The notes: generated by a model not told the origin, from the letters alone. A DNA stretch of 64,000 nt from an uncultured Prevotellaceae bacterium (GCA_900317305.1 ONGG01000004.1:40983-104982), one strand, 5' to 3'. Positions 9,554-19,894 are shown, numbered from the stretch's first letter. Program-made: numbers and translations.

Positions 9554-11176
9554 TCATTTCTTGATTCTGAGCACAGGTGCTATTGCGTTGACGGGGGGAG
9601 GGAGTGTCACCTCCAGACCCTCGGCAGTTTGCCTCACCTTCAGTCGGCCATAGCCCAGCAGATAGGCGCTGGTGATGCGCTTCGGCAGGTAGGTGTTGCC
9701 CTTGCGTAGCGACTTGATGACAAGTTTTCCATCCGAGGGCCACCCCATGGCGGTGATATAAAGATTCTTCTTCGTCTGGTTGAAACGGATGTCGCGGGCA
9801 TCCATGTTGGCGTACTGACCGTCGTTGAACCCTTGGGCCTGAAGGGCGATGGCTTTCTTGGCCACAGGGCCCTCGCCGAAGACATTCCACGGACGTGTGC
9901 CGAAAATACTCTCTCCATTCACGGTCATCCACGCTTCAAGGTCATCGAGTATCTTAGCCTCCTTCTCGTCATAGGTGCCGTCAGCACGGAGAGGGATGCT
10001 CAACAGCAGATTGCCGTTCTTCGACACGATGTCTACAAGTTGCTTCACCACGGTAGCGGCACTTTTGTATCTCCCCGACTCGTATATGCCGGTGTTGTAG
10101 TGCCATCCACCAATGCAATTGCAGGTCTGCCAGGGCTCATCAATAATCTCGTTGGGGGCACCGCGCTCCACGTCCCAAGTCAGGGCCTTTCGCTGGTCGG
10201 CATCGAGTATCTTGCCGAAAACCACCGCACGGGGGTTCTTGTTGTATAAGTGGGTGGCAATGCGGAGACCACAGTCGCTGATGGGGTAGAAGGGGAGTAC
10301 CGTCACGTCGAAATAGATGAGGTCGGGATTGTAGCGGTTGATGGCATCGAGAGTGCGGTCGTAGAAGTTGTCGACAAACTCCTGCGAGGGCGGAAAGGCA
10401 CCATGCGACCAGTCCCACTGCGAGTGGATGGCATTGTTGGCCCAAGAGCGCTCGCTTTGGGGATGGTTCTGGGCATAGAGCTGCTGGGGGTCGTAACCTT
10501 CCCACCATTTGCCTTTGCCGTCGGCTTTTGTCAGCCTGCCGTCATAGTATACGCCGGCTTTCCTGCCGTTCATGTCGTAGCGTTGCGAAGTCTCATACCA
10601 GGTCCAGGCATGGTCGGCATGGAAGGAGATTCCAAGGGGAAGACCGGCCTTCTTCGCTGCTTCGGCCCATCCCTCAAGGATGTCTTTGTGCGGGCCGATG
10701 TTCTTCGAGTTCCATGGTTGGTATTTCGAGTCCCATAGGTCGTAGTTGTCGTGATGATTGCCCAGCACAAAGAAATATTTGGCCCCACACCGTTTGTAAC
10801 GGGCCACCAGACTGTCGGGATTCCATTTCTCGGCTTTGAAAAGCGGCAATATGTCCTTGAAACCGAATTCCGACGGGTGGCCGTAGTGTTCCACATGGTA
10901 TTTGTATTGGTCGCTGCCCTCTATATACAACCCGCGGGCCATCCAGTCGCCAGAGCCTTCCACACATTGGGGACCCCAGTGGGCCCAAATTCCAAACTTG
11001 GCATCGCGGAACCATTCGGGAGTCTGGTGTTTCCGCAGCGACTCCCAGGTGGGCTCAAACTTGCCCCTCTGCATTTTCTCGTGTGTCTCATTCACCACCA
11101 CCTGATAGTTCTGGGCCATCAGCAAGACCGACGAGAGGCCCATGAAAATGAGTGTGATAACAGTTTTCTTTTTCAT
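9554..11176 (-). CDS. GH29 alpha-L-fucosidase
   Basis: PEWFRDAKFGIWAHWG, HHDN, YFD (nucleophile Asp), DIVSKNGNLLL; signal peptide from ATG 11176. Confidence 0.92.
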   Translation of the reverse strand: MKKKTVITLIFMGLSSVLLMAQNYQVVVNETHEKMQRGKFEPTWESLRKHQTPEWFRDAKFGIWAHWGPQCVEGSGDWMARGLYIEGSDQYKYHVEHYGHPSEFGFKDILPLFKAEKWNPDSLVARYKRCGAKYFFVLGNHHDNYDLWDSKYQPWNSKNIGPHKDILEGWAEAAKKAGLPLGISFHADHAWTWYETSQRYDMNGRKAGVYYDGRLTKADGKGKWWEGYDPQQLYAQNHPQSERSWANNAIHSQWDWSHGAFPPSQEFVDNFYDRTLDAINRYNPDLIYFDVTVLPFYPISDCGLRIATHLYNKNPRAVVFGKILDADQRKALTWDVERGAPNEIIDEPWQTCNCIGGWHYNTGIYESGRYKSAATVVKQLVDIVSKNGNLLLSIPLRADGTYDEKEAKILDDLEAWMTVNGESIFGTRPWNVFGEGPVAKKAIALQAQGFNDGQYANMDARDIRFNQTKKNLYITAMGWPSDGKLVIKSLRKGNTYLPKRITSAYLLGYGRLKVRQTAEGLEVTLPPPVNAIAPVLRIKK

Positions 11177-11229
11177 ATCGTTGTGATTAGATTTAGGTAG
11201 TTTTTTGTCCATATAGAGTGGGATACAGG

Positions 11230-11724
11230 TTAATCATCTAGGTCGTTGTTGTCATAATACCCTGCTTCGTAGCCGTCCTCATAGCCTTCCTCGTAGTCAC
11301 GCCGCTTCTTGCCTTTGTATCGGCATGCGTCGTCGTATTGCCCTCCGTAGCCATTGTCTCCCACAGCGTCGTCCTCGCCATCGTCATACCCATTGTCGTA
11401 GCCTTCTTGGTATTCGCGCGACAAGGTGACTTTTTTCACGGGCGAAGGCATGGATGATGGCTGGGCTTTTTCCTTGGTGGGTGAATGGTCTTCAGGCAGC
11501 AGTGATGGTGGAACGGTGGCTTCCGATGATGACGGGGGCACCTCCGAATCAGGTGTAGACAGAATGTTGGGAGCGGACTGATGCGGGATGACGCCCGAGT
11601 CGACAACACCCATTTCTGGTTCCCAAGTCTCTTTGGCCTCACGCTGTCGGTTACAAGCCGTGATGAGTGTCAAGGCCAGGAATGAAATGGGGCCAATTGC
11701 GTATCTCAAAAAAGTGTATTTCAT
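11230..11724 (-). CDS. Hypothetical lipoprotein with P/S-rich linker and acidic xxGY repeats
   Basis: Lipobox LITAC; C-terminal YQEGYDNGYDDG and YEEGYEDGYEAGYY; has its own promoter. Confidence 0.7.
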   Translation of the reverse strand: MKYTFLRYAIGPISFLALTLITACNRQREAKETWEPEMGVVDSGVIPHQSAPNILSTPDSEVPPSSSEATVPPSLLPEDHSPTKEKAQPSSMPSPVKKVTLSREYQEGYDNGYDDGEDDAVGDNGYGGQYDDACRYKGKKRRDYEEGYEDGYEAGYYDNNDLDD

Positions 11725-11747
11725 ATCGGACCTTTTGTGGTAGACCA

Positions 11748-11778
11748 CAAAGATACGGATTTTTTCGAGAACTTCAAA
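11748..11778 (-). promoter_or_regulatory. Full Bacteroidetes promoter TTTG-N19-TATCTTTG
   Basis: -33 at 11775-11778 and -7 at 11748-11755 on the minus strand, upstream of ATG 11724. Confidence 0.7.
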
Positions 11779-11791
11779 ACATTGAAGCCAT

Positions 11792-13450
11792 CTACTTTCC
11801 ATGCACGTCGCTCACTGCGCGTCCGCTTGGTTCGTTTTTCCCACGGAACGAGACATCCCATTCTAGGGCGATGGAGGTGGAGCAGGCCACGCTGGCCTCG
11901 CTGGGCACACTCCTTGCCGCACTGTCGCTGGGGAAATGTTCGGCAAAGATGCTACGGTAGTAGTACTCCTCCTTGTTTCTTGGTGGATTGATGGGGAACC
12001 GCTCGGCGGCATGCGCCATCTGCTCGTCGCTTACCGCCTCGGCGGTGATTTGTTTCAAAGTGTCGATCCATGAGTAGCCCACACCATCGCTGAACTGCTC
12101 CTTCTGCCGCCACGCCACTTCCTGCGGGAGCATGTCGGCGAAGGCTTCGCGCACGATACGTTTCTCCATGGTCTTGCCAGGGCACATCTTGGCCTCGGGA
12201 TTCACACGCATGGCCACATCAAGGAATTCCTTGTCAAGAAACGGCACTCGTCCTTCCACACCCCAGGCCGAGAGGCTCTTGTTGGCGCGCAGGCAGTCGT
12301 AAAGGTGCAGTTTGGAGAGTTTGCGCACAGTCTCCTCATGGAAGGCCTTGGCCGACGGGGCCTTGTGAAAATAGAGATAACCTCCGAAAATCTCGTCGGC
12401 TCCCTCGCCAGAGAGCACCATTTTGATGCCCATCGACTTGATGACCCTGGCCAGCAGGTACATGGGTGTGGAGGCGCGGACGGTGGTCACGTCGTAGGTC
12501 TCGATGAAATAGATGACGTCGCGCAGTGCGTCGATACCCTCCTGTATGGTGTAGTTGATCTCGTGGTGCACGGTGCCGATGTGGTGGGCCACCATCCGTG
12601 CCTTTTCCAGGTCGGGCGCTCCTTTCAGTCCTACGGCAAAACTGTGCAGGCGTGGCCAGTAGGCGCGGGTTTGCATGTTGTCCTCAATGCGCTTCTCGCT
12701 GTATCTCTCGGCGATGGCGGATATGACCGAGGAGTCGAGACCGCCGCTGAGCAGCACACCATAGGGCACGTCCGACATCAGCTGTCGCCTGACGGCATCC
12801 AGAAGGGCGTCGCGAACGGCCTCCACACTGGCGTCGTTGCCTTTCACCGCATCATATTCCATCCAGTCGCGATGGTAATATCTTTTCATGCCTGGCGTCT
12901 TGCTCCAATAATAGTGCCCAGGTAGGAAAGGCTCGTATCGCTCGCATTGTCCCTCCAGGGCTTTCAGTTCGGAGGCCACATAGATGGTGCCGTCGGCATC
13001 ATAGCCGATATAAAGCGGTATCACGCCTATCGGGTCGCGGGCTATCAGGAACGCGTCTTCTTCCTCATCGTAGAGCACGAAGGCGAAGATGCCACTAAGG
13101 TTCTCCAGAAAGTGAATGCCCTTCTCCCGGTAGAGAGCCAGGATCACCTCGCAGTCGCTGCCGGTCTGGAAGGTGTAACGTCCGGCATACCTCTCCCTGA
13201 TTTCCTGGTGGTTGTAGATTTCACCATTCACGGCGAGCACTTGTCGGCGGTCGCTGGAGTAGAGGGGTTGTCGGCCCGACTCGGGGTCCACGATGCTCAG
13301 TCGCTCATGGGCAAGGATGGCGCTGCCGCCGCTGTAGATGCCGCTCCAGTCGGGACCGCGGTGACGTATCTTCTGACTCATGCGCAGTGCTTTCTGGCGC
13401 AGTTCTGATGTCTGTCTGTCAATGTTCAATATGGCTACGATTCCACACAT
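11792..13450 (-). CDS. asnB: Asparagine synthetase B (glutamine-hydrolysing)
   Basis: MCGIV Ntn Cys, HRGPD, AHERLSI, NGEIYN, LSGGLDSS, SGEGADE, RQKEQFSDG; E. coli-type length of 552 aa. Confidence 0.96.
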   Translation of the reverse strand: MCGIVAILNIDRQTSELRQKALRMSQKIRHRGPDWSGIYSGGSAILAHERLSIVDPESGRQPLYSSDRRQVLAVNGEIYNHQEIRERYAGRYTFQTGSDCEVILALYREKGIHFLENLSGIFAFVLYDEEEDAFLIARDPIGVIPLYIGYDADGTIYVASELKALEGQCERYEPFLPGHYYWSKTPGMKRYYHRDWMEYDAVKGNDASVEAVRDALLDAVRRQLMSDVPYGVLLSGGLDSSVISAIAERYSEKRIEDNMQTRAYWPRLHSFAVGLKGAPDLEKARMVAHHIGTVHHEINYTIQEGIDALRDVIYFIETYDVTTVRASTPMYLLARVIKSMGIKMVLSGEGADEIFGGYLYFHKAPSAKAFHEETVRKLSKLHLYDCLRANKSLSAWGVEGRVPFLDKEFLDVAMRVNPEAKMCPGKTMEKRIVREAFADMLPQEVAWRQKEQFSDGVGYSWIDTLKQITAEAVSDEQMAHAAERFPINPPRNKEEYYYRSIFAEHFPSDSAARSVPSEASVACSTSIALEWDVSFRGKNEPSGRAVSDVHGK

Positions 13451-13500
13451 ATTTTTCTCCTCTTTTTATTAATTGAAGTCTCACATTCGCTCAATTTCTT

Positions 13501-13613
13501 GAAGTTCAAAAGTTCTGGAGTGCAGAAAAAATTGTCCGAATTCACCTCGTCGGTCTCAATGACCGTTTGCTATAGTAATGTCTGAACTCCTGAACTCCTG
13601 AACTTCTGTAACT
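13501..13613 (-). repeat. Inverted-repeat/octamer element, copy A (REP/MITE-like)
   Basis: 26-bp imperfect TIRs: 13501-13526 versus the reverse complement of 13581-13606 (4 mismatches). CTGAACT(C/T) octamer array at 13582-13613. Homologous to 36895-37006. Confidence 0.75.
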
Positions 13614-13625
13614 ATTGCACTCCTC

Positions 13626-15326
13626 TCAACTAGAGTATGATAGATAAAGATAATTGGTCTGGGCTGGGTATTCTGCCGCTAGGGTGTCAATCTGGTTCAC
13701 GGTGGGCACGATGCCCAGTTCCTGGCGCCAGCCGCGTACGAGCAGACCGGCCTCTTCCATGCTCATGTGCGATTTCAGGCCTATGGCTCGGCCTATCTGG
13801 AAGTCAGTGAATCCATATACCTTGGCTTCCTTGAGCAGGTGGGCCAATACTGGAATTTCCAGGTATTCCAACAGTTCGGAGGGTTCCATATACGTGGTGA
13901 GTTCGGCGATTTGTGACTGCTCACGGAGGCGCTGGTCGATGTCAACGATGTGCTTCATCTTTTGCAGAAACCAACGGTCGATCATTGTCAGCTGGTGTAT
14001 CTGCTCGATGGTGTTGCCACGTTGCAGGGCTTTCGACACAACGAAGATGCGCATGTCGGTGGGCTCATGCAGGGCGCTCTCGATGTCTTTGATTTTGATC
14101 TCATGGTTCTCCACGAAGCCATGCATGCCCTGACCGATCATGCGGAGCCCTTTCTGCAGGGCCTCCTCGAAGGTGCGGCCTATGGCCATCACCTCGCCCA
14201 CGCTTTTCATCGAGGAGCCCAACTGCCGTTTCACACCATGGAATTTCGTCAGGTCCCATCGTGGAATCTTGCAAACCACGTAGTCGAGCGCGGGTTCGAA
14301 AAATGCCGATGTGGTCTTGGTGACGGCGTTCTTCAGTTCGAAAAGACCGTAGCCCAGTCCGAGTTTAGCGGCCACGAACGCCAGCGGGTAACCGGTGGCC
14401 TTGGAGGCCAGTGCCGACGAACGGCTCAGACGGGCGTTCACCTCGATTACCCGGTAGTCTTCCGACTGGGGGTCGAGGGCATACTGCACGTTGCACTCGC
14501 CCACGATGCCAATGTGGCGGATAATCTTGATGGCGAGGGCACGCAACTTGTGGTACTCCGAGTTGGTGAGGGTCTGCGAGGGAGCCACCACGATGCTCTC
14601 GCCGGTATGGATTCCCAGTGGGTCAAGGTTCTCCATATTGCATACGGTGATGCAGTTGTCGTAATGGTCGCGCACCACCTCGTACTCTATTTCCTTCCAG
14701 CCTTTCAGCGATTTCTCCACGAGCACCTGGTCGGAGAACGAGAAGGCTTCCTCGGCCTGACTCATCAGTTGCTCGTCGTTGTCGCAGAATCCGGAGCCCA
14801 GACCGCCAAGGGCGTACGAGGCACGAAGTATCACGGGATAGCCCAGTGCTGCCGCGGCCCGTTTCACCTCAGCCACCGTCGAGCAGGCCTCGCTCTTGAT
14901 GGTCTTCACGCCGATTTCATCGAGTCGCCTCACGAAGAGGTCACGGTCCTCGGTATCGATGATGGCCTCGACGGGTGTGCCCAGCACGCGCACGCCATAG
15001 CGTTCGAGCACCTTGTTCCTGAAGAGTTCAACGCCGCAGTTCAGGGCGGTCTGTCCGCCAAACGAGAGCAGGATGCCGTCGGGGCGCTCCTTCTCGATGA
15101 TGCGTTCCACGAAATGGGCGCTGATGGGTTGGAAATACACCTTGTCGGCGATGTCTTTCGAGGTCTGCACGGTGGCGATGTTCGGGTTCACGAGGATGGT
15201 CTCGATTCCCTCCTCGCGCAGTGCTTTTAGGGCTTGGGCCCCGCTGTAGTCAAATTCGCCGGCCTGACCGATTTTCAGTGCTCCGCTGCCCAATAGCAGC
15301 ACTTTCTTGATGTCGTTGTTGATCAT
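13626..15326 (-). CDS. carB: Carbamoyl-phosphate synthase large chain, N-terminal half only (truncated or split)
   Basis: [23 protein letters not shown], one ATP-grasp domain ([21 protein letters not shown]) and the oligomerisation domain, ending [20 protein letters not shown] at 566 aa. Full CarB is ~1070 aa, and only ~175 bp separate this stop from asnB. Confidence 0.9.
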   Translation of the reverse strand: MINNDIKKVLLLGSGALKIGQAGEFDYSGAQALKALREEGIETILVNPNIATVQTSKDIADKVYFQPISAHFVERIIEKERPDGILLSFGGQTALNCGVELFRNKVLERYGVRVLGTPVEAIIDTEDRDLFVRRLDEIGVKTIKSEACSTVAEVKRAAAALGYPVILRASYALGGLGSGFCDNDEQLMSQAEEAFSFSDQVLVEKSLKGWKEIEYEVVRDHYDNCITVCNMENLDPLGIHTGESIVVAPSQTLTNSEYHKLRALAIKIIRHIGIVGECNVQYALDPQSEDYRVIEVNARLSRSSALASKATGYPLAFVAAKLGLGYGLFELKNAVTKTTSAFFEPALDYVVCKIPRWDLTKFHGVKRQLGSSMKSVGEVMAIGRTFEEALQKGLRMIGQGMHGFVENHEIKIKDIESALHEPTDMRIFVVSKALQRGNTIEQIHQLTMIDRWFLQKMKHIVDIDQRLREQSQIAELTTYMEPSELLEYLEIPVLAHLLKEAKVYGFTDFQIGRAIGLKSHMSMEEAGLLVRGWRQELGIVPTVNQIDTLAAEYPAQTNYLYLSYSS

Positions 15327-15329
15327 GTC

Positions 15330-16451
15330 CTATCGGGTGTTTTTTAGCATTTGGAGAAACTCGTCGAAGAGGAATTCTGTGTCGACGGGGCCTGAGCAAG
15401 CCTCGGGATGAAACTGTGCCGACATCCATGGATGGCTCTTGTGGCGGATGCCTTCGTTCGACCCGTCGTTCATATTGACGAATAGGGGCTCCCAGTCATC
15501 GGGCAGGGTGTGGGGGTCAACGGCATAACCATGATTCTGCGAGGTGATGAAGCAGCGGTTGGTGCCCACCTGCCGAACAGGCTGGTTGTGGCTGCGATGG
15601 CCATATTTCAGTTTGTAGGTCTGTGCTCCCGCTGCTTTGGCCAGTAATTGGTTGCCGAGGCAGATGCCCATGAGGGGGCGCACGGGGGTAGCGCAGAGGA
15701 ACTTCCTGATGTTGGCCACGGTGCTCTCGCACAGGTCGGGATTTCCAGGACCATTGGCCAGGAACAGCCCGTCGAACGGCAACGGGTTGAATTCATAGTC
15801 CCAGGGCACGCGCACCACCTCGATGCCCCGTCGGATGAGGCAACGTATGATGTTGGCTTTCACGCCGCAGTCCACCAGCACCACACGATACTCCTTCTTT
15901 CCATGCGAGGGGTAGGTGACCACCTCGTGGCAACTCACCCGCTCCACCCAGTTCACGCTGCCATAGTCGGCTTCTTCCTCGGCCTCATTCTGGATGGTGG
16001 TGGCCTCATGGTTCCCTTTTTGGTCGATGACGATGCGTCCTCTCATCACGCCGTGTTCGCGCAGTATCTTCGTCAGTCGGCGGGTGTCTATCCCGGTGAT
16101 GGCGGGCACCTGTTCTCTCTTCAGCCATTCCGAGAGCGACTCCTGTGCGTTCCAGTGTGAGTAGGCTGTGCTGTAGTCGGCCACCACGAGTGCCGCCACG
16201 TGGATGCGGTCGCTCTCCATGAAGAGAGGAAGGCCGTTGGTGTCGGCTTCTGTAGATGGAACACCATAGTTGCCTATCAGTGGATAGGTGAGGGTGAGTA
16301 TCTGCCCCGCATAGCTGGGGTCGGTCAGACTCTCGGGGTAGCCGGTCATGGCGGTGTTGAAGACCACCTCGCCAGTGGCGCCGCACTCGTATCCAAACGA
16401 TTGTCCGGTGAAGAGGCTCCCGTCGTCAAGTATCAGTGTTGCTGGTCTCAT
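15330..16451 (-). CDS. carA: Carbamoyl-phosphate synthase small chain
   Basis: GEVVFNTAMTGYPESLTDPSY, GICLGNQ (catalytic Cys), HNQP, QFHPE. Confidence 0.96.
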   Translation of the reverse strand: MRPATLILDDGSLFTGQSFGYECGATGEVVFNTAMTGYPESLTDPSYAGQILTLTYPLIGNYGVPSTEADTNGLPLFMESDRIHVAALVVADYSTAYSHWNAQESLSEWLKREQVPAITGIDTRRLTKILREHGVMRGRIVIDQKGNHEATTIQNEAEEEADYGSVNWVERVSCHEVVTYPSHGKKEYRVVLVDCGVKANIIRCLIRRGIEVVRVPWDYEFNPLPFDGLFLANGPGNPDLCESTVANIRKFLCATPVRPLMGICLGNQLLAKAAGAQTYKLKYGHRSHNQPVRQVGTNRCFITSQNHGYAVDPHTLPDDWEPLFVNMNDGSNEGIRHKSHPWMSAQFHPEACSGPVDTEFLFDEFLQMLKNTR

Positions 16452-16458
16452 ATCTGTG

Positions 16459-18240
16459 TCAACATTCTTTTTGTTGCTCGTTTTCGATAAAGTTCACGAA
16501 GGCTTGGTTCACCAGTCGGATGCCGCCAGGGGTGGGGTAGTGGCCAGAGAAATACCAATCGCCAGGATGGTGCCGGCAGGCTTTGTGCAGTCCGTCGATG
16601 CTCTGGAATACCAGTTCGATAGGGGTCTCCATCCCTGCAGGCCGCAGCATCTCCACAATTTTGCGGTTGATGTCCTCGGTGGTGAAGGGGGCGTAGATGT
16701 CGCGCACGTGGTTGATGGCTTGGGTGTCGTTTTTGCACTGCAGGTAGACATCGTGAATGAGGCTCTGCATGCCTCGTTCCCTCAACAGGTCGATGGCGGC
16801 TCGGAATGCACAGAGTTCCTCAAGCCTCGACATGTCGATGCCGTAGTAGTCGGGATAGCGGATCTGGGGTGAGCTCGACACCATCACGATTTTCCTGGGG
16901 TGCAGCCGGTCGAGAATCTTGAAGATGCTCTCCTTGAGGGTGGTGCCCCGCACAATGCTGTCGTCGATAATCACCAGGTTGTCCTCGTACGGCGTCAGGC
17001 AGCCGTAGGTGATGTCGTAGACATGGGCCGCCAGGTCGTTGCGCTCGTTGCCTTCGGTGATGAATGTGCGCAACTTGATGTCTTTCCACACCACTTTCTC
17101 TATCCTCACGTCGTGGTTCAGTCGCCTCAGGCCGTCGGTCATGCCGTAGAAGGCCACCTCGGCGGTGTTGGGGATATAGCTGAACACCGTGTGCTTCACG
17201 TCGCCCTCAATGGCTTTCATGATGGGCATGGTGAGTTGCTCGCCCAGCCTTTTGCGCTCTTGATGGATGTCGCGGTCGGAACCGCGGCTGAAATAGATGC
17301 GCTCAAAACAGCATGCGCTGTATTTTTGAGCGGGCAGTATCTGTTCCAGCCTCACCTTGCCGCTCTTGCCGATGATCAGCGACTCTCCGGGGCGCAACTC
17401 ATGGATGTCGTCGGTCTTTAGGTCGAATGTGGTCTGTATCACTGGGCGCTCGCTGGCCACTACCACCACCTCGCTGTCTTGATAGTAGAAGGCTGGCCGG
17501 ATGCCCCAAGGGTCTCTTACGGCAAACATCTCGCCCGACCCGGTGATACCGCACATCACATAGCCGCCATCGAAATGGGGCATGGTGGTGCGGAGCACGT
17601 TGGCCATCTCCACATGGTCGTCGATATATTGGGTGATGGCCTCGGCCTCGAGTCCTTTGGCCTTGGCCTCGCCGAAGAGCCGTTCCACTTCGCGGTCGAG
17701 CCGGTGGCCCATCAGTTCAAGGGTGATGTAGGAATCGCCGTATAGGCGGGGCGATTGTCCCTGATGGGTGAGCAGCTCGAACACCTTGTCGATGTTGGTC
17801 ATGTTGAAGTTGCCGCATAGGCAGAGGTTTTTTGCGCGCCAGTTGTTGCGGCGGAGGAAGGGGTGCACGTAGGTCAGCCCGCTCTTCCCCGTCGTGGAGT
17901 AGCGCAGGTGACCCATATAGAGTTGACCGGAGAAAGCGGTTGATGGCTCTTCTTGGCGGTTGCCGGCGGCAGAGGCTTCTCCTATCCGTTTGAAGACTTC
18001 GGTGATGGCGTCCTTGCCCTCGGCGCGCTCCCTGAACATGTATTCTGTCCCCACGGGGGCTTCCAGGTCGACGCAGGCCACGCCGGCACCTTCCTGGCCT
18101 CGGTTGTGCTGCTTCTCCATGAGCAGGTAGAGTTTGTCGAGTCCGTATTGGCCGATGCCGTATTTCTTCTGGTAGTATTCCAGGGGTTGAAGCAGGCGTA
18201 TCATCGCCACGCCGCACTCATGTTTCAGTTGTTCCACCAT
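16459..18240 (-). CDS. purF: Amidophosphoribosyltransferase (Bacteroidetes type)
   Basis: Short propeptide then HE|CGV; HNRGQEGAG; GHLRYST; PRPP loop VIIDDSIVRGTT; RYPDYYGIDM. Confidence 0.92.
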   Translation of the reverse strand: MVEQLKHECGVAMIRLLQPLEYYQKKYGIGQYGLDKLYLLMEKQHNRGQEGAGVACVDLEAPVGTEYMFRERAEGKDAITEVFKRIGEASAAGNRQEEPSTAFSGQLYMGHLRYSTTGKSGLTYVHPFLRRNNWRAKNLCLCGNFNMTNIDKVFELLTHQGQSPRLYGDSYITLELMGHRLDREVERLFGEAKAKGLEAEAITQYIDDHVEMANVLRTTMPHFDGGYVMCGITGSGEMFAVRDPWGIRPAFYYQDSEVVVVASERPVIQTTFDLKTDDIHELRPGESLIIGKSGKVRLEQILPAQKYSACCFERIYFSRGSDRDIHQERKRLGEQLTMPIMKAIEGDVKHTVFSYIPNTAEVAFYGMTDGLRRLNHDVRIEKVVWKDIKLRTFITEGNERNDLAAHVYDITYGCLTPYEDNLVIIDDSIVRGTTLKESIFKILDRLHPRKIVMVSSSPQIRYPDYYGIDMSRLEELCAFRAAIDLLRERGMQSLIHDVYLQCKNDTQAINHVRDIYAPFTTEDINRKIVEMLRPAGMETPIELVFQSIDGLHKACRHHPGDWYFSGHYPTPGGIRLVNQAFVNFIENEQQKEC

Positions 18241-18295
18241 TTGTTCTGTATGTGATTGTTCTTGTTTTCCAGTGATGCCGCTGTCGGCACAGTCG

Positions 18296-19894
18296 TCACC
18301 CTATGCATGCCTTTACGAACGACATGAACAGCGGATGGGGATGGAGTACGGTCGATGAGTATTCGGGGTGGAATTGAGTGCCAATATACCATTTCAGGTG
18401 GGGAACTTCCACGATTTCCACGAGTTCGGTGGCGGGGTTGATGCCCACGCAGCGCATCCCGTGCCCCTCCAATTCTTCCTTGTATCGGTTGTTCAGTTCG
18501 TAACGGTGTCGGTGGCGCTCCCGGATGAGCTGCTCGCAGCCGTAGGCTTGCCAGGTGCGGCTGTCTCTCACCAACTCACATTCATAAGCGCCCAGGCGCA
18601 TTGTCCCGCCCATCTGTGTGATGGTTTTCTGCTCTTCCATCATGTCGATCACGTTATGAGGAGTCTGCGGAACCATCTCGCTGCTGTGGGCGTCGGCATA
18701 GCCAAGCACGTTTCGGGCATATTCCACCACCATCATCTGCATGCCCAGACAGATGCCGAAAGTGGGGATGTCGTGCGTGCGGGTGTATTCGGCGGCGATG
18801 ATTTTGCCATCGATACCACGCTGGCCAAACCCAGGACAGATGACGATGCCCGACATGCCAGCCAGTTTCTCAGCCACATTGTCCTTGGTGATGTGCTCGC
18901 TGTTGATGAACGTGGCCTTCACCTTTCGGTCGTGGTAAGTGCCGGCATGAGCCAGACTCTCTAAAATGCTCTTGTAGGCGTCTTGCAGGTCATATTTCCC
19001 CACCAGTCCGATGTGCACAATCTCGGTGGCGTTTTTCCTGCGCTCCAGGAACGACCGCCACGGCCCCAGTTCGGGTGTCGGCCCCACCGTCATGTCCATC
19101 TTGCGGAGGCAGATGCTGTCCAACCCCTGCCGCTGCATGTTTACGGGCACCTCATAGATGCTGGGCAGGTCCTGACTCTGTATCACAGCCTCGACGTCGA
19201 CATTGCAGAAGTGGGCTACCTTGGCACGGATATCGTCGTTCAGTTCATGCTCAGTGCGCAGCACGAGCACCTCGGGCTGGATGCCCAGACCCTGTAGTTG
19301 CTTCACGCTCGTCTGCGTGGGCTTTGTCTTCAACTCTCCGGCGGCAGCCAGATAGGGCACGTAGGTGAGATGCACGTTCAGCGCCCTCCTCCGGCCGAGC
19401 TCCCATCTCAGCTGCCGGATGGCCTCGAGGAAGGGTTGGCTCTCAATGTCGCCAATGGTGCCGCCGATCTCGGTAATGACAAAGTCGAGAGGCTGTTTTG
19501 TGGCGTTGAGCTGTATCCTGCGCTTGATCTCATCGGTGATGTGGGGCACCACCTGGATGGTCTTGCCCAGATAGTCACCCCGGCGCTCACGCTCAATCAC
19601 GCTCAGGTAGATGCGCCCGGTGGTCACGCTGTTGTCGCGTGTGGTCTCAATGCCCGTGAACCGTTCGTAGTGACCCAGGTCGAGGTCGGTCTCCATGCCG
19701 TCGGCCGTCACGTAGCACTCTCCGTGCTCGTAGGGATTGAGTGTGCCGGGGTCGATGTTGATGTAAGGGTCGAATTTCTGTATCGTTATCCTATACCCCC
19801 GGGCCTGGAGCAGTTTGCCCAACGAGGCAGAGATGATGCCTTTTCCCAGCGACGAGGCCACGCCTCCTGTAATAAAGATGTATCTTGTTTCCAT
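18296..19894 (-). CDS. pyrG: CTP synthase
   Basis: TGGVASSLGKG, KTKPTQ, GICLGMQ, QFHPE; likely start METRYIFIT at 19894. Confidence 0.96.
   Translation of the reverse strand: METRYIFITGGVASSLGKGIISASLGKLLQARGYRITIQKFDPYINIDPGTLNPYEHGECYVTADGMETDLDLGHYERFTGIETTRDNSVTTGRIYLSVIERERRGDYLGKTIQVVPHITDEIKRRIQLNATKQPLDFVITEIGGTIGDIESQPFLEAIRQLRWELGRRRALNVHLTYVPYLAAAGELKTKPTQTSVKQLQGLGIQPEVLVLRTEHELNDDIRAKVAHFCNVDVEAVIQSQDLPSIYEVPVNMQRQGLDSICLRKMDMTVGPTPELGPWRSFLERRKNATEIVHIGLVGKYDLQDAYKSILESLAHAGTYHDRKVKATFINSEHITKDNVAEKLAGMSGIVICPGFGQRGIDGKIIAAEYTRTHDIPTFGICLGMQMMVVEYARNVLGYADAHSSEMVPQTPHNVIDMMEEQKTITQMGGTMRLGAYECELVRDSRTWQAYGCEQLIRERHRHRYELNNRYKEELEGHGMRCVGINPATELVEIVEVPHLKWYIGTQFHPEYSSTVLHPHPLFMSFVKACIG

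Noticed and set aside
13450-13628. Readthrough, selenocysteine or frameshift continuation of carB
   Set aside because: The in-frame extension (EECNSYRSSG..) stops after 27 codons, the other frames stop sooner, none resembles the CarB C-half, and there is no room before asnB.
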